DNA of 64,000 bases from the human T2T-CHM13v2.0 reference genome, Homo sapiens (GCF_009914755.1 NC_060926.1); one strand, 5' to 3'; counted from the first letter of the stretch, positions 25,640 through 38,511 are shown. The notes: generated by a model not told the origin, from the letters alone. Translations and numbers: made by a program.

Positions 25640-28267
25640 GTCCATCACATAAACAGAACCAATGACAAAAACCACATGATTATCTCAATAGACGCAGAAA
25701 AGGCATTTGATAAAATTCAACATCGCTTCATGTTAAAAACTCTCAATAAACTAGGGATTGATGGGACATCTCAAAATAATAAGAGCTACTTATGGCAAGC
25801 CAATAGCCAATATCATACTGAATGGGCAAAAGCTGGAAGCATTCCCTTTGAAAACTGGCACAAGACAAGGATGCCCTCTCTCACCACTGCTGTTCAACAT
25901 TGTATTGGAAGTTCTGGCCAGGGCATTCAGGCAAGAGAAAGAAAAAAAGGGTGTTCAAACAGGAAAAGAGGAAGTCAGATTGTCTCTGTTTGCAGATGAC
26001 ATAATTCTATATTTAGAAAACCCCAGTGTCTCAGCCCAAAAACTCCTTAAGCTGACAAGCAACTTCAGCAGTCTCAGGAAACAAAATGGATGTGCAAATA
26101 TCCCAAGCATTCCTATACACCAAAAATAGAAAAGCAGAAAGCCAAATCATGAATGAATTTCCATTCACAATTGCTATAAAAAGAATAAAATATTTGGGAA
26201 CATAGCTTACAAGGGACGTGAGGGACCTCTTCAAGGAGAACTACAAACCACTGCTCAAGGAAATAAGGGAGGACAGAAATGGAAAAACATTCCATGTTCA
26301 TGGATAGGAACAATCAATATTGTGAAAGCAATTTATAGATACAATGCTATTCCCATCAAACTACCATTGACTTTCTTCATAGAATTAGAAAAAAAAAAAA
26401 ACTACTTTAAGTTTCATATCGAACAAAAAAAGAGCCTGTACAGCCAAGACAATCCTAAGCAAAAAGAACAAAGCTGGGGGCATCACACTACCTGACTTCA
26501 AACTATACTACTACAAGACTACAGTAATCAAAACAGTACGGTACGGGTACCAAAACAGACATTATAGACCAATAGAACAGAACAGAGACCTCATAAATAA
26601 CACTACACATCTACAACCATCTGATCTTCTACAAACCTGACAAAAACCAGCAATGGGGAAAGGATTCCCTACTTAATAAATGGTGCTGGGAAAGCAAGCT
26701 AGCCATATGCAGAAAACTGAAACTGGACCCCTTCCCTACACCTTATACAAAAATTAACTCAAGATGGACTGAAGACTTAAATGTAAAACTTAAAACCATA
26801 AAAACCCTAGAAGAAAACCTAGGCAATACCATTCAGGGCATGGGTATGGGCAAAGACTTCATGACTACATCACCAAAAGCAATTCCAACAAAAGCCAAAA
26901 TTGACAAATGGGATGTAATTAAACCAAAGAGCTTCTGCATAGCAAAAGAAACTAGCATCGTTTTCTTAATCCAGTCTATCATTGTTGGACATTTGGGTTG
27001 GTTCCAAGTCTTTGCTATTGTGAATAGTGCCGCAATAGTGGTGGGGTGGGGGGAGGGGGGAGGGATAGCATTAGGAGATATACCTAATGCTAAATGACGA
27101 GTTAATGCGTGCAGCACACCAGCATGGCACATGTATACATATGTAACTAACCTGCACATTGTGCACATGTACCCTAAAACTTAAAGTATAATAATAATAA
27201 AATAAAATTAAAAAAACAAACAAATGTATAAATCTTTTTACTAAAAGTGATAATTCAAAAAAAAAAGAAAAAAGAAAAAGAAACTAGCATCAGAGTGAAC
27301 AAGCAACCTACAGAATGGGAGAAAAACTTTGCAATCTACCCAATCTGACAAAGGTCTAATATCTGGAATCTACAAGGAACTTAAATTTACAAAAAAAAAA
27401 AAAAAGAAAAAACATCAAAAAGTGGACAAAGGATATGATATGAACAGACGCTTATCAAAAGAAGTCATTTATGCAGCCAACAAACATATCAAGAAAAGCT
27501 CATCATCACTGATCATTAGAGAAATGCAAATCAAAACCACAATGAGATACCATCTCACACCAGTCAAAATGGCAATTATTAAAAAGTCAGGAAACAATAG
27601 ATGCTGGTGAGGCTGTGGACAAACAGAAATGCTTTTATACTGTTGATGGGATTATAAATTAGTTCAACCATTGGGGAATACAGTGTGGCAATTCCTCAAG
27701 GATCCAGAACCAGAAATACCATTTGACCTAGCAATCCCATTACTGAGTAAATACCCAAAGGAACAGAAATCATTCTACTATAAAGACACATGTACACATA
27801 CGTGTATTGCAGCAATATTTACAATAGCAAAGACTTGGAACCAACCCAAATGCCCATCAACGAGAGGCTGGATAAAGAAAATTTGGTACATAGACACCAT
27901 GGAATACTATGCAGCCATAACAAGGAGTGAGATCATGTCCTCTGCAGGGACATGGACGAAGCTGGAAGCCATCATCCTCAGCAAACTAACATAGGAACAG
28001 AAAACCAAACACCACACGTTCTCACTCATAAGTAGGAGTTGAACAATGAGAACACATGGACACAGGGAGGGGAACAACACACACTGGGGCTTTCTGAGGG
28101 GTTGGGGGCAAGGGGAGGGAGAACATTAGGACAAATACCTAACGCATGCAGAGCTTAAAACCTAGATGACAGGTTGATAGGTGCAGCATACCACCATGGC
28201 ACATCTATACCTATGTAACAAACCTGAACACTCTGCACATATATCCCAGAACTTAAAGTAAAAAAAG
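25640..28267 (+). mobile_element. 5'-truncated L1PA7/8-like LINE-1 (degenerate ORF2 RT/C-terminal region and 3' UTR), inserted in an L2
   Basis: ORF2 fragments [37 protein letters not shown] and LFADD, with frameshifts; TSD aaatccataattat at 25626-25639 and 28268-28281. Confidence 0.95.
26960..27275 (+). mobile_element. Nested short L1PA3-like insertion with 5' inversion and 3' transduction
   Basis: TSD aaaagaaactagcatc at 26944-26959 and 27276-27291; inverted piece 26960-27037; sense 3' UTR from 27038; two A-tails. Confidence 0.92.
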
Positions 28268-29047
28268 AAATCCATAATTATTAACTCGAATAAATGGCTA
28301 TGGAAGTAAAAATGTGACTATAAAACTAAGTAACAGAGGACTTCACCTACCAGAGTATTAGAAAAAGTTCAGCTGAAAAATAACATCTAAGCTGAGATTT
28401 AAAAGACATTCTGCAGGAAACCAGCCAAAAGGTTGTTGAATTGTAAGGTCTTAGGTGGACACTTTTGTAATTACCCTTCTCTGTAACAGGATTATTCACA
28501 GACGTACCTTCTTAGATATGCTGGGGTATGAGATCATGTTTGGAAGGGACAAAAAGTAGCTTCTATAATTTATACAAGACTTTTTCTCTCTGAGGTCAGA
28601 GCCATGCAACTGCATTTAATTGCATTCTACCACACTTATAGGGTCAATGTGGTAGATGGAAGGTTCACTGGTCTAGGGACTAAAAGAAATGAGTGCTGGT
28701 CTCAGCTCTACTGACCAGTCATATGTCCTTGGAGAAGTCATTTTCCCTCTCTTAGTATCATCTGTAAAACTGGGAAATTCTGCTAACAATCTGCAGCTGT
28801 GATATTCGAATCCTACACTTTGGCATTCAGTGCCATCTATAATATAACACCTGTCCATCTGTGCAGGTTTACTGTTAGTCAATATATCAGCTAGTAGTCA
28901 GCTGAGCTACTAAATGAAAATTACCCAAATATGTACCACATCATCTTTTCTAATGCTTTGATGGTTATCTTCCATGACCCATCTCAAATGTCAAATTTCC
29001 CTTATAAAACTACTTTGATTGCTAGGAAGGCCCTTAAACGTCATCTA

Positions 29048-29350
29048 GGCCAGGTACAGTAGCTCATGACTATAATCCCAGCACTTTGGGAGGCTGAGGA
29101 AGAACTGCTTGAGCCCAGGAGTTCAAGACCAGTCTGGGCAACATAGCAAGACCCCTGTCTCTACAAAAATAAAATTAAAAAATTAGCCAGGCACAGTGAC
29201 ATATGTCTGTGGTCCCAGCTACTCAGGAGGCTGAGCCAGGAGGATTACTTGGGCCTAGGAGGTAGAGACAGCAGTGAGCCATGATCATGCCACTGCACCC
29301 CAGCCTGGGTGACAGAGTGAGACCCTGTTTAAAGAAAAGTAAAATTAAAA
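29048..29350 (+). mobile_element. AluJ
   Basis: Alu dimer with ctgcttgagcccaggagttcaag; TSD aaa(c/a)gtcatct. Confidence 0.93.
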
Positions 29351-29580
29351 AGTCATCTGTCTCCCTAGCCCCCACCTTTCCCAGTAAGAAAACTTGGGGC
29401 CTGATAACTGAAAGAGACATTTCAAACCCAAATATCTCAGAAGTGATGGAGCTGGGCTCTAAAACAAATTCTGTGAATTTCTAGGCCATTTCTCTTCACA
29501 CTACACCAACACCAATTGCTAGGATTCCCCAAGCCCATCAATGTTTCATTTGCGTCTCTCATAATCTATACTGTGTGTGT

Positions 29581-29900
29581 CAAGAGTTGGCAAACTATGG
29601 TTAATGGGACATAGTCAACCTCCTACCTGTTCTCGTAAGGCGCACAAAATTAAAATGTTTCTTACCTTTTAAAATTACTGGAAAAAAAAGAATATTGCAT
29701 GATGTGAAAATTATGTGATATTCAAATTTCAGTGTCCACAAGTAACATTTTATGGAACACAGCCGTGCCCATTCATTTATATATCATCTATGATTGCTTT
29801 CTTGCTATAACACCAGAGTTGATAAATTATGACAGATCCTATAGTTCACAAAGCCAGAAATACTGACTATCTGGGCATTTAAAAAATCAGCTCTCTGATC
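29581..29900 (+). mobile_element. MER58-like hAT-Charlie element
   Basis: caagagttggcaaactatgg...ttttatggaacacagccgtgcccattcattta...aaagccagaaatactgactatctgg. Confidence 0.8.
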
Positions 29901-32900
29901 TTCGGTATATGCCATTTTGCGTGTACTTATCTTCCTTTACCTTCCTGTGGCAACCCCTTCACCACACCAATCAGTGTATTCACCTGGGGGCACACAGGCA
30001 GGAACAAGGCTCTCTCTCACCATTTATATCTTCAGTAATGAGCTAACAGTTGCTGAGCACCCATGTGTCAGAAACTGTTCCAAATATTTTACTAATATTA
30101 ATTTATTACTCCTCACACAAAACCACAAGCCTTTTTAATATTTTTATTCCCATTTAATAGATGAAGAAAGTAAACACGGAAAAGGCTAAGTAATTAGCAC
30201 AATGTCAAATATGCCATCTTTTGAATTCAAACGAATGTTATAACTATCATGAATATGTCTGCTGACCTCAGAGACCTTTAGTCTGAGGACCCTAGGTTGG
30301 TTCATTTTGTTAGTCAGTATTCTCAAACTAGATGAAAAGTCGTAGTTCCCTTTCCACCCTGAAGAATCCTTATTAGACATTCAGGAATTCCTGAGGCCCA
30401 GAAAACACAGGCAAATTTCTGGAGGCTTTCTACACAGGGAAAGAAAAAGAAAAAGAAAAAGAGGTAACTTGGATGAAATGATTTCAGAGTCATAGAACTG
30501 GATTCTACTATCTCCTATTTCAGTCTTATAAAATCATTTAATTTTACATGGCCTCCATTTGCTTATTTGTAAAATATAAACACAAAGCAAAACTAGGTGA
30601 TATCAGATGTCTCTTCCAGTGCTAGCCATGGTATGAAGCAACAGAAGGACTGATAAAGAGAAGCTCTTAAAAAGAACTTCTGACAGCTAGCTGCATGTCC
30701 AGGGGAAGAAAGGCAGACAGGGAGGAGTCAGGGGAAAAGAAGCACTGACTGCCCAACACTGATTCACAAATTTCAGCTTTGAAGGGTCCATATCCCCCAA
30801 CATTTGAAAGATCATTTTGGAAGAGTGACTTGAAACTTCTGAGAGACATTTGATGGGTACCTCTCCAAACTGTCTGATGCCACCCACAGTTGGGTCTCTA
30901 ACACGGCCCCCAGAGGAAGTTAAAGCTTGGATGTAGAGTAAGCAGTCTCATTCTCTCAACCTGCTACCAGGATGGGATGCTATTCATGGAGCACAGCAGA
31001 GAACCAAAGGGTGGCCCTGGGTCCTGAGCTTTAAGGGAAAGCTGAAGAAATGGGAAGCTAGAGAAGTTCCAGAAGCTCAACTGTAAAAGCACCAGCATAA
31101 CCATTTGGTGCTAAAGAGATAAATAAAAACCACCTACCCTAGTAGAGGAAACAGAATCATCACCTTTAATAAAGGAACAAGTTAGCAAGTGGTCTGTCTC
31201 TTGCCTCACCTCTGACTGGTATAGCCTCTCTCCTCCAAGGCCATGCTGGAAGTTCATCCTACATTTTGGTTTCAAGTATAAAATGCATTTGTACAATGGC
31301 TTATGTTGTTATTTGTTTCAGATCCTGTTTCTGTGGCATGGTCCTGACTGGGACACAGAACGGAATGAAAGGGTCTAGAAACTGCCCTAACATTTCTCCA
31401 CGGTTACCTTGTCGTAAATAAGCTGGGGCTCTTTGACATGTTTCAAAAGTGGCTAGCCTTATTTGCTTTCAAAATCCTTTTCACTCTTTCTGAATAAATT
31501 AAAATGCTTCCTCCTCCGTGAAACCACGTCCAATGTTCTCTTCTTCCTTTCAACTCCTTCAGCACTTTGCTCAGTTGCAGTGGAGTGATCTTTCTTGCTC
31601 AGCCTTGTACTTCAGCATAGGTGTTCTAGACCATGACATCCCTGGGAACAGAGAACAGTGTAGAGCATGGCTTTTGGAGAGCCTTCCTTATTAACCATTA
31701 CTTGTTAGCCCTTGGCCCAAGTTATTTCACTGAACCATAGTCTTCATCCTTAAGTCAGAAAAATGATGCTTCCTTGTCCTGCAGAATACTCATAAGCATC
31801 CAATGAGAAAACGTGTGTAAAGCATTCAGACTAGTCCCTGGCACATAAAAAGTGCTCAACAAATGTCACTAACTTTTCTTCATCATCTGCATTCTTTGAA
31901 AAGCCAAGCACAGGGCCTTGTATACACTGAATGCTCCATAAATATCATAATTTGGTTGAAGTAAATTGCTGAATCACTACCTTGTTTGACTTGCTCTCAC
32001 ATTGGATCCAACCAGGAAATTATTAATTGTTCTCACTTACCATGCAATGATATCAACAAAGTAATTAATCTGTCTTTTTAAAAAAATTAAGATGATCTTT
32101 AATATTTACATCTAGTTTCCTAGATCTATTACATGTACAAGAAACCATTTGTCTGAATTGGTATCACACTAGCATTTTCTAGGTTACGGGCATTAATACA
32201 TATTGCAGAATGATACAGTCGAATCTATTCAAGATTTTAAGGATATAATTTCACTCTAGGGAAAATATTTTGCCCACTCCTCAGAGGACTTAAATGGCTA
32301 AATCTTCAAGAAAGTATCAAATTTGTATTACCCTTGTTGCTCTAGAAGCCAAATTTTGGAGAGTTTATCTTTGCCTTTGTCTGGCTACTCTCTATCCCTC
32401 CCCATCAACAGCCCCATTCCTGGGCACTCACATCGCCCCAAACTTCCCCACCAAAATGGCCCTGAGTGCACTAACTGGGCAGCAACCTAGTTTTAAACCT
32501 CTTTCACATTCTCTGTATTTTCCTGTGTTCCAGGCCCCCAGGACTTTGTCTGCCAGTTGACCTGATAAACCAATCCAAGTTAAAAAAAAAAAAAAAAAAA
32601 AGAAAGAACATATGCTAATGATTTGTGAGAATTAATGGTAGCTCCTTCTCGGATAATATTTCATTTTATTAGGGTCTATTAGATAGAATTCCTTTATTCA
32701 AATGAATGGTTCTAATTGTGAAAGTTTCAGATACTATTTTGCCCAAGAAATAAATGCTTTGAACCTGGGAATGCTTTGCCCACCCTCAAATCACTGTATA
32801 GACTGCTGCCTGCAATGCACTTGCCCTTGATCACAAAAGCATTTTCTTTGCTTCAGCTGCCAGAGCTTTTCCTCTTCCACATGTTCCCCTCCTTCTACTG

Positions 32901-35344
32901 AAACTCACTAGGAAGTTTCAGGTAAGGTGGAAATGTGATTCACTTAAACTTTTGTCTTGTTACTGTCTACACTCTTGGCTGGGCAGATCAAAGGACAATC
33001 ACAAATGTAAATTTAAAACACCTACTGTTCAATATAGTCTCTGCAAAGAGAACTTACAAAAATCACTTGAGGCAGCAAGGACTACGAGCAACTGTCTTAT
33101 AAGTCAATGCACTGGAAAATACATCAGAAAATGGACTGTTTGATTAATAAGTACTACTGAGAACCTAGTCATTGATTAGGTCTTCAAAATATATATTGTG
33201 TAAAACGTATTTTGTAATGTATATGTGTGCATGGAGGACTGGGGATGGAAGGTGACAGAGTGGGGAGGCCAGGGAGAGAAAGAGAGAAAAAGAGATTTTG
33301 GAAGAGGAAGAAAGAAAACCGAAAGTAATCCCGCTGCACTTAATGAGGCCCCATTGGACTAGTCCTGAATCCAAATCTGAATCTCAAAGGCAGACGCTGA
33401 AAGCTCACATTCTCAGAATCTAGTCCATCCCAATGGGTCAGAAAACACCTGATATTTATTTCCACTAAATCTCAGCTATATCTCTAGGGAACAGAAATAC
33501 CTTCGTTTAAAAAGAAAAGTGGAAACAGCTAGTACAGAAATCCACTGGTTTTGTTAGCCACCTTTACTACCAAGAATTAGAGCCAAAGTGATAGACAGCT
33601 AAGGGAACCATAAGTGATGTCAGATAGGATTCTGGAACCCAGAGAAAGTCAGGCAGAACGTTTGCCACAAGAGGGAGCAGTAGAATTTGGTCAGATGGGA
33701 GACCATTTGGTAGGGGTTATGATGAGGGGTGTATGAGGTATGGGAGGTTATGATGAAGGATTTAACTACAAGTATGGGTGATATTTGGATAATATTTTAG
33801 CAAAACACATTTATCCTTGGGGGCAAAAACAAAAAGATAAAGGGACCAGGAAGAGTAGAGAGATAATAGCATGTTGATTCCTAAATTCTTAGCAAATATA
33901 AAGTGACAATTTAATGTTTACTTGAAAGCAACATACTACGAAAATATAAAACATGCAACATATGTGCTCTAACAGCCTCTTCTAGAGGCTGCATTTCTTT
34001 TTCCAGATCTAATTTATATTTCAGTTTGAATTTTGTTTATTGCCATATTTTTAGGGCAATCTCCTTCTTATCTATATACTATCCTCCCTGTACCTAAAAG
34101 GCATCACAAAGAAAGAACTTGTCTCACTGAATTGCAACATTAAAAAAAAAAAACAAAAAACAAAAAACAACAACAAAAAAAAACACACAGACATTAATGT
34201 CCCAAAATGCACTTACTTTGAGACAACCACATCTATGAGCTAAATGAATGCCTTGGCTGGCTTTTTAAAGGGGAATTGCAACTTCCTTGGATCTGCACAG
34301 CTTTTCTCATCATTTATTTTGTCAAAGAAATAGATTGAATACTAAGAGGAATCATGTGTTTATTTTGCAAGTAAATAAAAGTCTATATTTGCCTGGCAAA
34401 AGCATGTTAAACATAGCTTTTTAACAGATGCTGAAGTTCTCTTGGAATATATTTTATTTTTTCAAAACACAGAAAGCTTAACAGAGCAATTAACATAATT
34501 CCTGCAAATAGTCCTATAGATGTTACTGACTATACCTCACTTTCCATTTGTAATTTTATTGGGAGTCAAAGCACTGTTACTCCCATGCTCTTTTCTTCCC
34601 CTGGTCAACAAAAGGGCTATGTGCTTAATCTGAAACGTTACAGTAGGAACCACTATATAATAATATTAAAGTAAAGACATAGGTAGATAGATACATAGAA
34701 AATAAGCCTTCATATTTTAGTTCATTACTCTCCTCCTTCAGCCCTGTTAAGCTTTCAAGACAGTAAAGTCTGATTATCATGACACTCTTACATCCTTTGT
34801 AGCCCTATACAGCTCAACAATAAATAATGGTTTATCTCTGTTCAGTCCTTTTTGTTGCTGTTGTTTTTCTAGGAATTAATCATTTTTTTAAAAAAAGACA
34901 ACAACCATTTTAAGGGGACAAAATCAGGGCTTCTTTTATAGCAGGTGTGAGAAATCTTAGCTAAAGAGCCGTGAGATCCAAATGGAATTCTTCAAGCAGG
35001 CAGAATTTGTAAAACGAAAACCATTTAAGAGCACACATCTTGCCTCTTGATGAAATAAGTTGGTCCTCCCCCACCTTCTCACTCACAAGGCCCCAAAGAT
35101 GGAGCTAGTTTTCCCTTCCTTCCTCCTGCTTTCACACCCGCCTAACCTCCCAATTAAGCAAGTTTAGCAAACCCAGGGAGCTCAATCCAAGTAACACAGG
35201 ATTTGAAAGAGGAACCTAAAACCAATCATCCCTCTTCCGGCTTTGTCTTCTTATTTGAAATGAATGAAACATCTAGATTCATTTTCCTTTTTTTTTCTGA
35301 CTCGCTGCAGGAGTAGCTTTGAGAGAGAAAGAGAAAGCATGTGA

Positions 35345-35378
35345 GTGTGTGTGTGTGTGTGTGTGCACGCGCGCGCGC
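35345..35378. repeat. (GT)10-GCAC-(GC)5 alternating purine-pyrimidine tract
   Basis: 34 nt of uninterrupted alternation. Confidence 0.95.
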
Positions 35379-36731
35379 TGGTGGGGGCATGGGAAACAGA
35401 GGTATACTTTCAGAATTCTCTCCTGGTGGCTCCCTCTTTCCCTTGGGAAATCTTCGCACAAGTCTCAGATTGTGCATGTTCAACTGCTCATATCTGGAGA
35501 TACTCCAGCAATGCCTTTAACCAGATCTGATCAGAAATCTCCACCTACTCAGCTAGAGGCTCCTCCATGATCAGGACGCTTGTACTGTCTTCACCACATC
35601 TGTCATTTTTTAAAAAGCTTCTTCCACTACACCTCCCACTGATATCCTTTTTTTCTCTTTTTAGTCTTTACACCTCCAGCAGGACAAAGTTTGTATTGTT
35701 ATATTCACAACCACTAGTAGCTGACTAGCAGGAGAGAGAGAGAGCGGCTTCAGGAGAGCCAGGTTCGGGGGCTTCAAAAGGATACCTAGCGCAAAGCATG
35801 ACTTTCCAATGACTGCGTACAACATGCACATTGCTCTCTTCTAAAAATGCTTTGTTAAATTTCATCACCCCTGTTCTCAACTCAACCACTACCACTTTGG
35901 AGAGGGAAATACAAATTGCCAGCCCAAGCCATTCATCAAACAGCAACAGAATCCACGGGGTGGTGGGGGGGATAGAGAAGAGGCGGGGGTGATGCAGGGG
36001 GTGGATTTAAAGAATCAAGGATGCACACGTACTGTATTTTCAAGAGCATCGCCTGGGCGGATTTGGTTTCTTTGGCCGGCTGTCCAGCTATAAGACCGCC
36101 CTCTTCTTCATTAAGGAGGAGCCAAAAAGGATATCTTCACATCTCAGAACACAGACCATTTCCCCCAAGAGCCAGCAAAGCTCCAGAGGCAGAGAATGCA
36201 GCTGCAAAGTTCCCTTCCAATCTCTTGGGGAAAGATGCCTGTGTGTGCAGAATCCCCAAAGCACACCACGGCACAGTGCCCAGAGACGTGGACCCCGCAG
36301 CCCACTCCCTGCTACCCCCTACATTTCTTCCTCGTCTGTCTCTGCCCCGCCACACCTCCCTCCTCTCCGCAGTCCGTGGTGAATGAGCACCCAACGCCCG
36401 CTGGAAAACAGGGGGCTCGGAAATGTGGCCTTGGGGAAAGACCCCAGGGATTACCGGAAGGAGGGATGTCCGCGGAGAAGAGTCCAGTGGGTGGGGACGC
36501 CTGGATCCCCAGCAGCTCTGCATTCGGGGTGGACTTAGCTCTTCGCGCCCTGAATCCTCAGAGCCCAGCGCGGTGCAGGGTGCAGCATCTCTCCTTAGCA
36601 GCCCTTTCTTCCTCCGGCAGCCTGCACTGGCAGGCAGGCAGGCACCCTCACGCCCAGACGCACCAGCCCGAGCAATTTCACTCTGGGAAGCGCGGACACC
36701 CAGAAAAATGTGCAGGCGCGCACACACCACA

Positions 36732-36732
<1 letters not shown>

Positions 36733-36774
<42 letters not shown>
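36733..36774. repeat. (CA)21 microsatellite (UG in the pre-mRNA), about 120 nt after the first-exon donor
   Basis: Direct reading. Confidence 0.96.
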
Positions 36775-36776
<2 letters not shown>

Positions 36777-36892
36777 TTTAGAAGCCGCTCGTTTGCCAAA
36801 GCAGAGGGAAGTGTAGCCTTATGAGCAGCAAATGGAAAATAGTTCTTGGTCTCTGACTAAATGCCTTCTGCCTGTCCATCATAAGATCCTAC

Positions 36893-37100
36893 CTGGTTTG
36901 GGGAGTGTGAATGGATTCTTCCTCCGTTCCTCCACGCTAGTAGAAAATACGGCGCACTCCCTCCTTTTAAACAGCTCCCGATCAGGAAGAGGTCGCTCCC
37001 ATCTTCTGTGGGAAGCACAAAGCAGGCGGCGGCGGCGGGCTGACTACCGTGCAGCGCCGGCGCGAGCGGGAGCCGCGGCAGCGGGCAGCGGTGCGCGCGG
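36893..37100 (-). other. SLC8A1: Non-coding alternative first exon of SLC8A1 (GC-rich, brain/ubiquitous-type promoter); TSS end approximate
   Basis: Donor CAG|GTAGGA at 36893/36892 at the edge of the CpG island, followed by a (UG)21 tract. NCX1 is known to use several untranslated first exons spliced to exon 2. Confidence 0.7.
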
Positions 37101-37480
37101 GCGGGAGGCAGGCGCGGAGGCCGGGAGGCTGGGAGGGCCGGGGCCCGGGCGGCGCGCGCGCTCCCCCTCCCTCCCGCGCACACTCGCCCGCCCGCCGCCC
37201 GCAGCCTCGCACTCGCTCACACGCGCGCTCGGCCCCGCGGCTGCCGGGCGCCCCGGGGCCCCCTGCGCGCCCCTTGGGCTCCCCAGGCGATCGCGTCGGG
37301 GCAAAGCCGGCGCGTTTCTGGAGCACCGAGCGGGTGGGGAGCCCTTCCAGCCTCCCAGCCTCTGCCGGCGAGCAGCTTTTTCGATTTCCTGCCGGCTCTC
37401 GGCCCCGCAGTGCGTTGTGGCCGCGCGCTAGCGCTGTCTCTCGCACCCAGCCCATCGATGACACGCGCACACAGGCGCTG
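36990..37480. promoter_or_regulatory. CpG island, TATA-less promoter with GC boxes
   Basis: Very high GC and CpG density (ggcggcggcggcgggc, cgcgcgcg, gggcggg) in an otherwise AT-rich, CpG-depleted window. Confidence 0.95.
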
Positions 37481-38398
37481 CAACTTTTCTTTTGAACCCT
37501 CTTCTTCTCTTCCGCAGACAGAACCCTGACCCCCAATTCGCCTACCCGTTTCTCACCTCTGACTTTGTTAATCCAACTATCTTTCTTCCCTCACTTCCTG
37601 CCCTTCTGCTAAAGGAAGCTTTCTTTTAGCAAAAGGATCTGGGCATATATCAATGATTTTTTTTTTAATCCTCACCCTGTGTTTTTCTACGTATCAGATA
37701 TGCACAACTATACGTTGGCTACTAGATGCTGACACAAGCAAACAGAGATATTCGGGGGAGGGTGTCCCCCGGCCAAGAACTGGGACAGAGTCTCTGTGTT
37801 GGTATTTCCCTCAAAGATGCGTTTCACCTGGGAATAAAGACCCAGAGTCTGTTTCGTGTGAAAGGCGTGCTGGTTTTAAACTACAGTGAGGAGTAAAAGC
37901 CGAGCATTAAGGTTGAGTGGGAAAAAACCTAATGCAGCAATCGACGAACCATTCTTTGCCCTTTCCAAGAGAAGCATTATCATTGCCAATAAATCACTTT
38001 CCTCATAATTAATAAAGGAACACTGCACCAGGCCTTTCCTCTCTTGACAGCTCATTCATTCTTACAAACCCTTAATGACTTCACGTGGTGAAAGGCTAGA
38101 CCTACTGTGGAGTTCACTAGCTTCCAAACCTGGCTGCGCATCACACACACCTGGGAATGTAGTCAGATGCTGTAGAATCTGAGGCCGAATCTGATGCAGA
38201 CTCTCCCGTTGTAGGTCTCAAATGGGGCTCCAAATTAGTATTTTTAAAACACCAGTTGCTATCGGCCACTGGTGTCGTTTGCCAAGGTGTGTGGGGGGGT
38301 CAGGAGCAGCTACTTGGGGAAGGTGGGAGAAGGAGGGACCTGCAGAGCACAAGGCAGAAAGTTAGTTTTTTTTCGTGGAGACGTCCCCCCATACTTAC

Positions 38399-38500
38399 AG
38401 TGCAACCAGGGCAGTCACCACGACTGATAGATTCTGACTCCAGGAACCTCAGTTTGCCTCCGCAACAAAGAGGGGGCGGAATGGAAGAAATAGCCTCTTC
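38399..38500 (-). other. SLC8A1: Candidate second non-coding first exon (possibly kidney-type); 5' end uncertain
   Basis: Donor CACT|GTAAGT at 38399/38398, GC box gggggcgga at 38472-38480, local CpG retention, about 1 kb upstream of the CpG island. Confidence 0.45.
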
Positions 38501-38511
38501 TGCCCCTGTGC

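Noticed and set aside
25676-27994. Reverse-transcriptase-like ORFs
   Set aside because: Frameshifted remnants of a truncated L1 ORF2, not a functional gene or novel RT system.
28626-28656. 9-bp inverted repeat (and similar 7-8 bp ones at 39048, 56364, 60813)
   Set aside because: Arms are short enough to be expected by chance in 64 kb.
37040-37050. Alternative donor ACG|GTAGTC
   Set aside because: Poor +4 to +6 match compared with CAG|GTAGGA at 36892.
37310-37445. Possible REST/RE1 site
   Set aside because: Only separate half-like motifs (gagcacc; gacagcgc on the minus strand); no canonical 21-mer.
36021-37536. Many overlapping 80-220 aa ORFs
   Set aside because: Stop codons are scarce in GC-rich DNA and no domain is recognisable; only the uORF and the frame continuous with exon 2 were kept as hypotheses.
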